From: Dehalococcoidia bacterium
Lineage (GTDB): Bacteria > Chloroflexota > Dehalococcoidia > SM23-28-2 > RBG-16-64-32
Length of the DNA: 64,000 bases
Assembly: GCA_963665775.2 (NCBI GenBank)
Contig: CAXXTF010000002.1
Coordinates: forward strand, 320,001 to 384,000
Direction of reading: 5' to 3'
Position numbers and translations under genes: made by a program. Of the stretch, positions 1 through 11,091 are shown piece by piece (position 1 is the stretch's first letter; each line of letters begins with the position of its first letter). The notes under the pieces are model-generated. The model searched no databases, had not been told where the DNA came from, and saw nothing but the letters and a program-made list of their open reading frames with translations.

Positions 1-188
1 TCACGGTTGATGACCCGGATCTTGGCCCGGTCCGCATGCAGGGCATCGTTCCCAAGTTCTCCAAGACCCCCGGCCAGGTTCGCTGGTCCGGCGAGCGCCC
101 GGGCGCCCGAAACGAGGAGGTTTATGGCCAGCTCCTGGGCCTGGGCAAGAAGGAGTTGGCGGAGCTCCAGAAGGCCGAAGTCATCTAG
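1..188 (+). CDS. CaiB/BaiF family III CoA-transferase, 3' end (partial at window edge)
   Basis: Manual translation ...GPVRMQGIVPKFSKTPGQVRWSGERPGARNEEVYGQLLGL...VI*, paralogous to the C-terminus of the next gene. Confidence 0.85.
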   Translation, partial: TVDDPDLGPVRMQGIVPKFSKTPGQVRWSGERPGARNEEVYGQLLGLGKKELAELQKAEVI

Positions 189-240
189 CACCCGGCTAGA
201 TGAGAGTGACAAAGATGATCGGATTGTTAAGGAGAAGATC

Positions 241-1455
241 ATGACCACGGAGCCCAACCGTCAGGTCCTGGAAGGCTACCGTATTCTGGATGTGGGCCAT
301 ATCCTGGCCGGCCCTATGACCTCCAGCATGCTGGCCGACTTCGGGGCTGACGTCATCCATATCGAGAGTCCCGAGACGGGCGATTTCTTGCGACAGGTGC
401 AGGGCAGGGCCGGAGAGCCCCGGCAATCGCGCGGCTACGACCTGATAAACCGCAACAAGCGGAACATCACCCTGGACATGCGAACCGACAAAGGCCGCGA
501 GCTGTTTCACAGGCTGGTGGCCATCTCCGACGTGGTGACGGAGAACTTCCGTCCCTACGTAATGGACCGGTGGGGGAACGGCACGGAGGTCCTGAAGCAG
601 ATCAACCCCCGCCTGATCTACTGTCGCCTCTCCGGTTTGGGTCAGACCGGCCCCGACCGGCACCGGCGTGCCTACGGGATGATCGGCGAGGCCTTCTCCG
701 GCTGGTCCTGGCTGAACGGCTACGCTGACGGCCCGGTCATTCATTCAAGCTTCTCCCTGGGAGACACCAACCAATCTATCTGGGCGGCCACTGCCATCGT
801 GTCGGCCCTCTACTGGCGGGACGCCCGGGGCGGCGGCGAGGGGATGGTCATCGACCAGGCGCTGTTCGAGCCCAACCTGCGTAGCTGGGAGCAGCTGCTG
901 ATCACCTTCGATCAGAACGGCGTAGTCTCCGGCCGGTTGGGTTCCCATCATGAGGCGTCGCCTTACGCCGATGTCTGCAAGACCAAAGACGGCGAATACT
1001 TCTCCTATTCGGCCTTCACCTACGACGCCATTGAACGGCTTCTCCTCACCCTCGGCCTCAAGGATGACCCGCGTTTCAATGACTTGGACAGATGCATGGA
1101 GAACCGGGAGGCGTTCTGGGAGACGGCTGGACGCTGGTTCAAGGAGCGCACCCTGGCCGAAATCGTCGGACTGTTCGAGACGAATGAGGCGGTCGGCTGT
1201 CCCGTAATGAACGCCGAAACCCTGTATCACGATCCGCACATCAAAGCGCGGGAGATGGTCGTCAGCGTCCCCGATCCCGAGGGTGGCGCGAAGCCAATCG
1301 AGATGCAGGGGATCGTCCCCAAGCTCTCCGAGACGCCCGGAAAGATGCGCAACGCTACCGAGGACATGGGCAGCCGCAATGAGGAGATCTACAACGGCCT
1401 GCTGGGACTCAGCCGCGACGAGATCGCGGACCTGATGGCGGCCGGCGTCATCTAG
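241..1455 (+). CDS. CaiB/BaiF family III CoA-transferase
   Basis: RBS AAGGAG then ATG 241; LEGYRILD...AGP...LADFGADVIHIE, NRNKR, DVVTENFRP, LGD motifs. Confidence 0.93.
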   Translation: MTTEPNRQVLEGYRILDVGHILAGPMTSSMLADFGADVIHIESPETGDFLRQVQGRAGEPRQSRGYDLINRNKRNITLDMRTDKGRELFHRLVAISDVVTENFRPYVMDRWGNGTEVLKQINPRLIYCRLSGLGQTGPDRHRRAYGMIGEAFSGWSWLNGYADGPVIHSSFSLGDTNQSIWAATAIVSALYWRDARGGGEGMVIDQALFEPNLRSWEQLLITFDQNGVVSGRLGSHHEASPYADVCKTKDGEYFSYSAFTYDAIERLLLTLGLKDDPRFNDLDRCMENREAFWETAGRWFKERTLAEIVGLFETNEAVGCPVMNAETLYHDPHIKAREMVVSVPDPEGGAKPIEMQGIVPKLSETPGKMRNATEDMGSRNEEIYNGLLGLSRDEIADLMAAGVI

Positions 1456-1467
1456 GTGGCCAGGGAG

Positions 1468-2256
1468 GGTTCTGTCAGAGCTCAGGGCGCGGGGGTAAGC
1501 TTGTCTCAATGTAGGAGAGGAGCTACCGATGAACTGCCCACATTGCCGATCGAAAGCAACCAGCAAACGGAAGCACCGCTCCACCCTGGGCTACCATAGG
1601 TTCTCGTGTAGGTCTTGCCACCGTCGCTTTAACGAGCGCACCGGTACGCCCTACAACGACCTCCAGTTCCCCACCGACATCGTCCTGTTGGCGGTCCTCT
1701 GGCGGTTACGCTACAAGCTTGGGTTCCGCGATGTCGCCGAACTGCTCCTTCAGCGAGGCTATGAGGTCACGCACGAAACGGTACGGGCCTGGGAGATCCG
1801 GTTTGCTCCTCTTCTGGCCGAACGACTGCATGCCCGGCGCCGCGGCCAGACAGGAAGCCGCTCCTGGTATCTAGATGAGACCTACGTGAAGGTCAGCGGT
1901 CGCTGGCGTTACCTATACCGCGTCATTGACCGGGACGGCAATCTCCTGGACTCGATGCTGAGTGAGAATCGAGACAGGTTAGCGGCCCGCCTCTTTCTGC
2001 GGCGGCTGGCCGACGTCACGACCCACAAGCCGTTGCGCCTCACCACTGACCAGCATCCGGCCTATGGGAAAGCGATCCGCTGGATACTGGGACGGAAGGT
2101 CTTGCACCGGCAGAGTCGGTACCTAAACAACCGTATCGAGCAGGACCATCGTACATCAAACAGCGCTCCTACCCCATGCTGGGGTTCAAGCGTATGGAGT
2201 CGGCGAAGCGCTTCTGCGCGGCGTTCGAAGAGTTGCGTCAGTATTTACGTATCCGC
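1468..2256 (+). mobile_element. IS6-family element, frameshifted and 3'-truncated
   Basis: Left IR GGTTCTGTCAGAGCTCAGGGC; transposase from 1529 with WYLDETY...NNRIEQDHR then frame break; no right IR. Confidence 0.9.
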
Positions 2257-2351
2257 CGGCACGAGCGATGTAACCATCGAGCGTGAGGGCGAGGCTGGCG
2301 ACAAAGTCTGATTCGGGTTCGTAATGTTCCATGCAGCGATATTACTAGATC

Positions 2352-2515
2352 GAGGCGACGGACTACATTGAGGTGCGCGCGCACAGCGCTCTCGGCTACC
2401 GGCCGCCAGCACCGCAAGCGATCGTGCCATCGCCGGGCTCCACCGCGCCATCCCTGGAGACTACCGCGATGGCCACACTAACATATCGTGTGGTAGCTTA
2501 AAGGAGGGCAGGTCA
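2352..2515 (+). pseudogene. IS3-family transposase C-terminal remnant with right end
   Basis: Reads DYIEVRAHSALGYRPPAPQAIVP (cf. YNxxRPHSALGYRPP); ends ...GGAGGGCAGGTCA. Confidence 0.6.
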
Positions 2516-2857
2516 GCAGGTTCTGCACTATGCGGATGTCGGCGCCTCGGTCCAGTAAGTGAGTGGCGAAGCTGTGGCGCAGGGTGTGGGTATGGACTCA
2601 CTTTCGTAGGGCCTTCCGCCCATACTTGCTCACCGCCCGACCGACGAGGCATCGGGAGCCATGTCAGTCTGAATGATTCGCAGACTTCTCGCAGTCAAGA
2701 ACAAGTACGACCGGGCGAACATTTTCCAAATAAATCAGAACATTCCGCCCTCCAGATAAAGCGGGACTTAGTGAGCCCAGAGCTGAACCGACCAGGTGGG
2801 AGCGGTTGTCTACACAGCTCTCCAGTCTGGGTGGCGCACGCTAAAGGATCAACAGAC

Positions 2858-3208
2858 ATGAGCGAGGCGAGGTCAGAACAGGTAGCGATCGGGAGGCGGC
2901 TCCTACGGCGGGCGCGGCGGCTGGGCGTAATCGCCATAGGGTTCTTAGTCTTGACCATCGGGCTCATCCTTGCCGTACTGCCGATGATTCCGGGCGGCGC
3001 GGTCGGGATCCTTCTCGGCCTGACCATCCTATCAACCGAACTGGAGTGGGCGAGAAGGCTCAGGACGAGATTTATAACGACGGGCCGACGTTTTCTACCC
3101 CGGCTCTTCAGTCGAAGTCCGAACAACCGGATGAGGCTGCTGGGGCTCATCGTGATCATCGGGCTCGCGATGGCTGCGGTAATCGTGGCCGTGATGCTGA
3201 TCGCCTAG
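2858..3208 (+). CDS. Small membrane protein, PGPGW-like family
   Basis: LPMIPGG...LGLTILSTELEWARRL motif; AAAGGA RBS. Confidence 0.7.
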   Translation: MSEARSEQVAIGRRLLRRARRLGVIAIGFLVLTIGLILAVLPMIPGGAVGILLGLTILSTELEWARRLRTRFITTGRRFLPRLFSRSPNNRMRLLGLIVIIGLAMAAVIVAVMLIA

Positions 3209-3606
3209 ACGGACGTGGTAACGGCACCTTGGAAGCGCTGCGCCCTCACTTTCCGTAACCGCTGGAAAGCCAAATCGCCCTGCTGGAGGGCTTCTCGTCC
3301 ATAGTGCAGCGTCCTGCCCATATCACGTACGTATGGAGCTGCGCACGAAACTCATGCTGGCAAGGACAGTTAGATAGCTGCAACCAGCTCTCTCTTGCTC
3401 CTAGTTTCATGGTAAGGGCTTGTCACTGAAAGGCCCCTATAACCCCGAATAACCGCCGAATAAGCCATCATTAACGCCTCGCCGGGCGCGATACGGCCCC
3501 CTCTATGCGCCGGGCCCTGCTCTCGCGTCGGTCCCTGGTCTGACGCGCTCGTCAAAAGGGCCCCCGCTGAAACGGCTTGCCAGCGATCATGTCCTGAACG
3601 CGGTGG

Positions 3607-4584
3607 CTATTTCGCTATCACGGCGATTATGCCTTCGGGGCGCCAGCCGATGACAGCCGCACTCCCTTGGGTGATCTGATGAGCGCCTGAGCCGTCGGCC
3701 CTGGCCACCACTATGCCCAGTGTCTTCCTTCCTGGCTCGTAATCCGTGAAGGCCAGGGCTAGACCATCCGGGGACCAGGTGAGCCAGCCCCAGGCGGGCT
3801 CGGTCATGGCGCAGGTTGCCAATACAAGCGTCATGCTTTGGGAAAGGTCGGGGGACACCAAATCGATTTGGCAGTCGCCAACAACAGCCAGCCAGCTCCC
3901 ATCAGGCGACCATCGAGGGCGGAAGTACGGGAAGGCACCAACTTCCTCAAGAACCCATGCTGGCGCCTGGGCGATGAACAGCTGCCCTTCCCTCACAAGC
4001 GCAAGGCGCCCATCCCTCGACCACTCAATCATCCGTGGCCAACCTATCTCGCCCATGTCGAACCGCTTTCCTGTTTGCACTTCGACCACCACGAGCGTCC
4101 GGCCTTCCACGTCGGGAACGATCGCCGCCCAACGGCCGTCAGGCGATACATCGCCGACCCAACCCGGGCCGATATCTGTCACCGTGTCAGTGGTGGCGTC
4201 CACGACGCCGAGGTGGGGGCTGCCAAATCCAACAACGCCGAATCGGCTATCCGCCAATACGTGCGGAGCCCTTCCATCGAAGGTGGGCCGCTGCTCGTAC
4301 TCGCCGGTCTCGGGATTGACAGTGAACCAAGCCTCTCTACCATCGAGCTGAACAACGGAAATGTCCAACGGCACAGGGGTTGGCCCTGGTGTAGGCGTGG
4401 GCGTGGCAGGAGTTGGCGTCGGTATGGGTGTTGGCGTGGGAGCGGCGGTGGGCGGTGCGGTAGCTGCCGGTGTCTGCGTTGCGGTCAACGTCGGTGTAGA
4501 GGCGCTTTCTTCCGCGTCGCCGCAAGCGGCGGCCAGCAGCAGGGCCGCAAGGGCCAGGGCAAGCAGCGTGGCGAACTCTCGCAT
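3607..4584 (-). CDS. Lipoprotein with PT linker and PD40/TolB-like beta-propeller repeats
   Basis: Lipobox LAAAC; repeated (W)SPDG motifs. Confidence 0.8.
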   Translation of the reverse strand: MREFATLLALALAALLLAAACGDAEESASTPTLTATQTPAATAPPTAAPTPTPIPTPTPATPTPTPGPTPVPLDISVVQLDGREAWFTVNPETGEYEQRPTFDGRAPHVLADSRFGVVGFGSPHLGVVDATTDTVTDIGPGWVGDVSPDGRWAAIVPDVEGRTLVVVEVQTGKRFDMGEIGWPRMIEWSRDGRLALVREGQLFIAQAPAWVLEEVGAFPYFRPRWSPDGSWLAVVGDCQIDLVSPDLSQSMTLVLATCAMTEPAWGWLTWSPDGLALAFTDYEPGRKTLGIVVARADGSGAHQITQGSAAVIGWRPEGIIAVIAK

Positions 4585-4594
4585 GACAGTCCTC

Positions 4595-5782
4595 CTACGG
4601 CCCGAAGACCAATCGGATGATGTCGTCGTCCTGGGGGATGTAGCGACTCCAGTTGTCCATAGCCTGGCCGTTCACGAACACCTGAAGGATGCCCTCGGAC
4701 CCATCATCGCACTGATCGCCGTTTCGCACGGTCTCACTCTGGCCTGGGATGCGCATCTCGTCCTGGGTAAGCCGGCCGCCACCGTATTCGAACCAGCGGA
4801 CGAGCCGTGCCCCGGAACCCTCCTCCGAAGGCAGAAAGGGGTGCAGGTGAATGACGCCAGCGCTGTGGGTATGGACGCCACCTCTGAAGCTGGGGATGTT
4901 TGGCTGGCGCTTGCCGCAGATAGAGATCTCATACGTAGCGTGCCGGTGGTCGCCAATGGTAGGCCGCGACCCGGTCGTTAGCGTTGGCGCTTCGATCTCG
5001 ATCGGCTCGTTGAAATCGAAGAAGCTCATGGTTGCGGTGGCGGTGACTAGGGCTCCCGTGGGAATGGCCACGTCAGAAATCATGTCGCCAGGCTCAATCG
5101 ATTTCCCTGACAAGACAATCTTCAGTTGCCGCACTAAGTAGTCGTCCGTTCCGATCCATATGTGGTATGCGCCGGTCACCTCCGCCTCTTGGTCGATGAT
5201 CTCCGCCTGCATGTCCCGTCGCTCCTCCGGACCGGTGGCAGCATCCCTCGTCTCAGTCGACACTGCGGCAGGGTCGAAGCTGATCCAATAGTGCCAAGAT
5301 TCCTCGCCATCGATCGCCTCGTCGGGCAACTTGGCCACGTCCGGGCCAGGTGACTTCATGAACTCAAGAATTCTCCCGAGCGGGAAGGCGTTGAAGAACG
5401 CCGTTGCGAATGACGGCTCGCCGTCCGTGGACTCAATGACGTCCCATTCGGGAGATTCAGGGTCCTTCCGGTACAGCGTCCCACCGATGACTATGGTTTC
5501 GCTTCCGTTATCCGTCCAGACTCGCAACCGATCGGGGGCGACGTACTCGCCGCCGAATCCTTGCTCCATATCGATCTCCCCCACTCCTTCCACGGTAGTG
5601 GAGGTCGAGGCGAGGAAGCGATAGGAGGCGACATCCTTTGTTGCTGCGTAAGCCTCCTGTATCACAATGCCAGGAGCCGGTGCTGGCGTGCCACCGTTGC
5701 CGGAGCCACAGCCCGTAATGATTAAGCAGAGAACGACGGTAAGGGCAGGGATTGCCAGGAAAGCAAGGGAGCGTGGTCTCAT
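4595..5782 (-). CDS. Lipoprotein, LppX/LprAFG-like domain plus His-rich C-terminal domain
   Basis: Lipobox ITGC; YVAPDR, DFNEPIEIEAP; C-terminal DHRHA...GVHTHSAGVIHLHP. Confidence 0.7.
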   Translation of the reverse strand: MRPRSLAFLAIPALTVVLCLIITGCGSGNGGTPAPAPGIVIQEAYAATKDVASYRFLASTSTTVEGVGEIDMEQGFGGEYVAPDRLRVWTDNGSETIVIGGTLYRKDPESPEWDVIESTDGEPSFATAFFNAFPLGRILEFMKSPGPDVAKLPDEAIDGEESWHYWISFDPAAVSTETRDAATGPEERRDMQAEIIDQEAEVTGAYHIWIGTDDYLVRQLKIVLSGKSIEPGDMISDVAIPTGALVTATATMSFFDFNEPIEIEAPTLTTGSRPTIGDHRHATYEISICGKRQPNIPSFRGGVHTHSAGVIHLHPFLPSEEGSGARLVRWFEYGGGRLTQDEMRIPGQSETVRNGDQCDDGSEGILQVFVNGQAMDNWSRYIPQDDDIIRLVFGP

Positions 5783-5856
5783 CTTGGTTCTCTTGCACGC
5801 CGTCGCTGGAGAGGGGGCCCGACTTATTGTACCATTGCCTTGGAGCGTGATAAGGC

Positions 5857-6390
5857 ATGCGTTCTAGTCTCTTCTTAGTAGCGCTCGCCGTTGTGGTGGT
5901 TGCAATCGTCGCGGTGGCCATCGCCGTGGTGGTGCCTACTGACTCTGGCCAAGACAAGACACACATTGTTGCTGGTTCTGATAGCGACTTCGCAAGCGCC
6001 AGCGTGACATACTTTGAGGAAGAGCACATCTACTTGGTGCGTCTCGAAGACGGCAGCTTCATGGCTTTCTACGACCTGGACCCCCGGATGCAGGGGTTGG
6101 TGCAAACCGGAGCCGACAGGTACAGCCACTGTCGCGTCGAGTGGTCCTCCGAGCGCTACGGACACTTTGCCGACCGCTTGACCGTGCCCGGTTTCGTAGG
6201 GGGAGTCTTTCGGGAGCCTTGCCACGGTAGCACCTATGACGCTACCGGGCGGCTCGTCTTCGGACCTAGCCCCGGGGACCTCGACCCGCTGCCGATCACG
6301 ATACGGGGAGGCCGGGTTGTCGTGAATCTTGCTGACAGGCCATGCCCTGAGTTCTACGAGCCCCCTCGCGCCTGCGAGCAAATCCAATAG
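5857..6390 (+). CDS. Membrane-anchored Rieske-fold protein with degenerate cluster ligands
   Basis: N-terminal TM; FREPCHGSTYDATG...GPSPGDL matches Rieske box 2; box 1 CxH replaced by DPR. Confidence 0.7.
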   Translation: MRSSLFLVALAVVVVAIVAVAIAVVVPTDSGQDKTHIVAGSDSDFASASVTYFEEEHIYLVRLEDGSFMAFYDLDPRMQGLVQTGADRYSHCRVEWSSERYGHFADRLTVPGFVGGVFREPCHGSTYDATGRLVFGPSPGDLDPLPITIRGGRVVVNLADRPCPEFYEPPRACEQIQ

Positions 6391-6718
6391 GGGTTGGCCC
6401 CGCTGTGCCGGTCTACGCGGGTAGAACGCGCTGGCCCACGGGTCAACCGCGCATGGTGTACAAGAGGGTGTGAGCAGTCAGGCCGCCTGCCTCTAGTGCC
6501 TGCCTCGACGCCGGCTAATACCCCACGCGGACCAAGGCAAGCCCAAGCGCAGATGTGAACGACACCGCCTTCGCGAATGGCGAGTTGTGCGACGGTCTTT
6601 CTCTGGGCTGGGGGGCGCCGCCGGACTGGTGATTCGGCTGTAGTCCTATCGGGTACGCACTCTGTTTAGGGCTCCCGCTCCCCCGCATCTACCGGCTGCA
6701 TCAGGTACAATCAGCGGC

Positions 6719-9339
6719 ATGGAGAACGACCCGCCTCCTGCCGAGGTAGTGACCAAAGACGGTGTCACCTATCGCATCCGACGCCTGACAGAGGTCTCGC
6801 AGATTCTGCCACGCCTGGAGAAGGACCGCGCCTTCTGTGCCTACGCCATCTGCCAATTGGAGCCTGAGCGCTTCCCGCACACGAGATGGTACGTCGCGGA
6901 AGGCGAAGGTGGTGAGGCCCTCGTGATGCATGCCACCGGCAGCTTGAGGGGCAGCCTATACGGCTTTGGGGCGGACCTCTTCTGCGTGGGCCACGCTCAG
7001 GCACTCGATGCCATAGTGTCGCTTCATCCGGGCCCGCGCTATGTGTCGCGCCTGTGGGCTCAGGTCGAGCATGGCCCAATACTCAAGCGCCATTACTTCG
7101 TCTTGAGGGGCTCTCCCCTGTTATTCTTACAGTTTAGCCCGAATCCACCGAAGGACGGCCTTGGGGACAGTCCTTGAAGAAGCCATCGGGTGCTCCTCTG
7201 AATCTGGGATAATGGTTTTGGAACAGAAACCAGCCCGGAAACAAGGAGCACCCAATAGATGCTACCACAGAACAAACCCGACCGTATCCGCATCCTCTTT
7301 GACGACCATCGCCTGGTGGCCAATGCCGGCCTGCTCCTGCCAGCCACCCTAGCCCGGCACCTGGGCCTGCGGGAACTCGTCGACCATCACCTTGACCTCG
7401 GCGGAGCGCCGGGACGGGCGAACACTGGGGACAAGATGCTGACGCTGGTCGCTTCCGCGCTGGCAGGCGGCGACTGCATCGACGACGCCGATGCGCTGCG
7501 CGCTGGTGGGACGGTCGGTGTTCTAGGCTGCGTGGTCAAGGCGCCATCCACCCTGGGGACCTTCCTGCGCAGCTTTCGGTGGGGGCATGTCCGTCAACTC
7601 GACCGCGTGAGCCGCCAGTTGTTGGCCCGGGCCTGGGCCGCTGGGGCCGGACCCGGCGACTCGCCCCTGACCATCGACCTGGACTCGACCATCTGCGAGA
7701 CCTATGGACTGGCCAAGGAGGGAGCGCGCCACCACGGCTATACCGGCGCCCGCGGCTATCACCCGCTGCTGGCCATTGCCGCCGGCACCGGCGAGGTGCT
7801 GATGTCCCGGCTGCGCGAGGGCCGGGCCAACACCGCCCGTGGCGCCGCCCACTTCCTGCGTGAGACGGTGGGGCGGGTGCGCTACGGCGGGGCCAGGGGA
7901 CAACTCACGGTGCGGGCCGACAGCGGCTTCTACGCCCACACTGTCGTTGCCGCCTGCCGGGAAATGGATGTCCGCTTCTCTATCACCATCCGCCAGCGCG
8001 CCAGCCTGCGGGACCTGATCGAGGCGATACCAGAGGAGGACTGGACTCCCATTCCCTACTGGATGGACGGCGCCGCCGATGTCGCCGAGACGACTTACAC
8101 CCCGTTCCAGACCAAGCCGGACGCCGCGCCGGTGCGGCTCATTGTCCGGCGGGTGAAGCCGACGCCCGGTTCCCAGCTCGCCTTCTTCGCCAGATACAGC
8201 TATCACGCCTTCATCACCGACCGCGATGGGGAGACGCTGGAACTGGAGGCTGATCATCGCCGCCACGCCGAGGTCGAGAACGCCATACGCGACCTCAAGT
8301 ACGGCGTCGGGCTGAACCACATGCCGTCGGGGCGCTTCGCCGCCAACGGCGCCTGGCTGGCGGTCCAGGTGATGGCGCATAACCTGGCCCGCTGGACAGC
8401 CCGCATCGGCCTGGGTCAGCAGATCGTGACCACCAAGACCCTCAGGCGGCGGGTCTTCGCTCTGGTGGGACGGATCACCCGCTCGGCGCGCCGCCTCACT
8501 TTGCATCTCCCCCGGCGCTGGCCTTGGGAAACCCAGTTCAGTCGCGCCTTGGCCCGGCTGCAAGCCATTCCATTCCCGGCCTGACGGCCAGCCTGCAACT
8601 GACCCAACGTCCCCGCAATCTCGCGCCACCCCGGTCGCGAGAGTCCCCTGCTGCGTATCCTCTCGCCATCCCGCGCATCGCAACTCCCGCATAGGGCCTT
8701 AGGGGCCCTGTGCGGCGACTGAAGACCGTCCGCCGGCCTCCCATCTACCCCAAGACCCCAGGCCATCTCCCCTGTAGCTCCCTCACCCACCCCCTTCCGC
8801 TGTCCTCACGCCGTCCATCCGTGTCCTTCGGTGGATTCGGGTTTAGTACTAGCCCCGACCAGAGCCCAGATGGCAATCCGGCCAGGCGGCTTTCCGGTGC
8901 TGATATTGGCGAAATCAACCGTCTGCGTCGTGCAGCAGGCTACTTTGGGCTATTTCGCGGAGAGCTTATCAATCGGGGCCTCTGGTTCGGTTTGTTTGAG
9001 GACGGCCACCTGGTCGCGCTCGCTGGCACTGAGGTCATGTCGCCGACGTATGGAATCTCGCTGGGTGGCCGCACGCTGGTCCACCCTAATTACAGGGGTC
9101 GCCGCTACGCCGACCTAGTGGCAACAGCTGCGAGAAGCGAAGCAGACAGAAGAATCCGTATTCAGGTGGCTACAATCGACCCTGAGAACACTCCAGCCCC
9201 ACAGCGGAGAAGGCGCCTCAGTGAAGCAGCTGGGCAGGTGCTCGACACCTCGGCCCTCCGTCGCGACCCAGTGGGCCTGGCCAGCCTCATCCGGCGGGTG
9301 CTGGCACGGCGAAGGGCGCGTAACGGCGCATATCGGTAA
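6719..9339 (+). pseudogene. GNAT (FR47-like) acetyltransferase split by IS1380
   Basis: Removing the IS and one TTTAG restores FLQFSTSPDQSPDGNPARRLSGADIGEINR in frame; VHPNYRGRRYA motif A; paralog of 9384..10349. Confidence 0.85.
7138..8841 (+). mobile_element. IS1380-family element, 1704 bp, transposase 7259..8584
   Basis: TIRs CCCGAATCCACCGAAGGAC; 5-bp TSD TTTAG; DLDST, RADSGF, EVENAIRDLK motifs. Confidence 0.95.
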
Positions 9340-9383
9340 GCCTAAAACGCCCAGGCTCATCTACCAGGTGTACAATCGACGGC

Positions 9384-10349
9384 ATGGAGAATGACCCGCC
9401 TCCTACTGAGGTGGTGAGCAAAGACGGCGTTACCTACCGCATCTGGCGTCTGACTGAGGTCTCGCAGATTCTGCCTCGACTGGAGAAGGACCGCGCCTTC
9501 TGTGCCTACGCCATCTGCCAATTGGAGCCTGAGCGCTTCCCGCACACGAGATGGTACGTCGCGGAAGGCGAAGGTGGTGAGGCCCTGGTGATGCATGCCA
9601 CCGGCAGCTTGAGGGGCAGCCTATACGGCTTTGGGGCCGACCTCTTCTGCATGGGCGAATCGGCCGCTCTGGACGCCATGCTGTCCCTTCATCCGGGTCA
9701 ACGCTATCTGTCGCGCCTGTGGGCGCAGGTCGAGCACGGACCTGTACTCAAGCGGCATCTTCGATTGGTAGAGGATGGCCCCAAGCTTCTAATACGAGAT
9801 CGCAGCGAAGAGGTCGGGGCGATTGATCCTCCGGCAGTGCGACTGACCGGCGCCGATATCGGGGAGATCAATCGACTTTTTAGATCGGGTGGAGGCTCCT
9901 TGGGTCTCTATAGGCGTGAACTAATAGACCGCGGCCACTGGTATGGATGGGTTGAAGACGGGCGTCTTGTTGCCTTCCTGTCCTACGAGACCGTCTCGCC
10001 GAGCTGCGGGATTGCCATTCACGGCAGGGGCCTAACCCACCCCGAGTACCGGGGAAGGCACTATATTAGAGATCTCTTGGCCACCGCCAGGGGTAGAGAT
10101 TCCTCAGCAAAGTACCCTATGCGTGTGTTCACGGTTGACCCCGCAAATGCCGCTATGATGCGCCGGCGGAGCCGTCCGCGGCCGGGGCTGATTACTGAAG
10201 ATGTTGGGGAGGTCCTGGAGACGAGGGCCTACCGTCGCGACCCGGTGGGCCTGGTCAGCCTCATCCGGCGCGTCCTGGCACGACGAAAAGCGCGGAAGAG
10301 CGAGACTAGCGATGTCGCCGCAGTGGGGCATCGGGGCGGCCCAGATTAG
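9384..10349 (+). CDS. GNAT (FR47-like) acetyltransferase
   Basis: LTHPEYRGRHY acetyl-CoA motif; TACAAT 7 nt before ATG. Confidence 0.8.
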   Translation: MENDPPPTEVVSKDGVTYRIWRLTEVSQILPRLEKDRAFCAYAICQLEPERFPHTRWYVAEGEGGEALVMHATGSLRGSLYGFGADLFCMGESAALDAMLSLHPGQRYLSRLWAQVEHGPVLKRHLRLVEDGPKLLIRDRSEEVGAIDPPAVRLTGADIGEINRLFRSGGGSLGLYRRELIDRGHWYGWVEDGRLVAFLSYETVSPSCGIAIHGRGLTHPEYRGRHYIRDLLATARGRDSSAKYPMRVFTVDPANAAMMRRRSRPRPGLITEDVGEVLETRAYRRDPVGLVSLIRRVLARRKARKSETSDVAAVGHRGGPD

Positions 10350-10588
10350 CGCTTGGGTACGGACTCTGTTTCGGGCCCCCGCTCCACCCCGCCCCTCCCC
10401 CGAGGTCTCCCCAAGACACCGTGCCTTCCTGCTCCTGTGGCAGCAGTAGAGACGGGAGCGGTAGAGGCCGACCAAAATGTCCATTAGAAAACGGGCCGAA
10501 CAGTCCGAGAGTCGCTGAAGACTTACGGTTTCCCACCGTAGCATCTATATGTTATCAATTGACGGGTTGGACGAAAGGAGATAGCGCT

Positions 10589-11071
10589 ATGGCCAGCTCG
10601 TCAGTTACAGGCGAGCGAACGCCCGGAGCCACCGCCAGCATCCAGATCGAGGCGTCACCGGAAGCGGTCTGGGATGTCGTCTCGGATGGTAATCGACTGT
10701 CCGAGTGGCTGAAGCCGATCGCTGAGGTGCGGGGCGTAGCCGCGGCCGGCGAACTGGCGGCAGGAAGCGAAGTCAAGGTCAAAATGGTCGGTAGGGTCCC
10801 GCCGGGGCAGAAGTTCGCCACCTACGAGGCGGTGCCGGGCCAGAAGCTCAGCGCCAGGGTGGGGCCAGCCTTCGCCCATGCGCTGGGCATCGCGATGCGT
10901 GTCGAACTGACGCTGGAGCCCCGTGGACACGCAACAACCGCCACCGTTGGGTTCACCTGCACCCCGATCATGGGGCCGCTGCAGGCGAGGATTTCGGGCA
11001 TTAACCTCGATGAGCATGCCCAGAGCACGGTACAGCGGCTGAAAGAGGCGGCGGAGACGGCAGCCAACTAG
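10589..11071 (+). CDS. SRPBCC/polyketide cyclase family protein
   Basis: AAGGAG RBS; ASIQIEASPEAVWDVVSD...LSEW. Confidence 0.85.
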   Translation: MASSSVTGERTPGATASIQIEASPEAVWDVVSDGNRLSEWLKPIAEVRGVAAAGELAAGSEVKVKMVGRVPPGQKFATYEAVPGQKLSARVGPAFAHALGIAMRVELTLEPRGHATTATVGFTCTPIMGPLQARISGINLDEHAQSTVQRLKEAAETAAN

Positions 11072-11091
11072 TCACTTGGCGGAGCTAGACG

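Noticed and set aside
7-240. N-terminal extension of the CoA-transferase
   Set aside because: Overlaps the upstream paralog in another frame; RBS supports ATG 241
7523-8692. 389-aa antisense ORF and other small ORFs in IS1380 copies
   Set aside because: Shadow frames of a GC-rich transposase, repeated only because the IS is repeated
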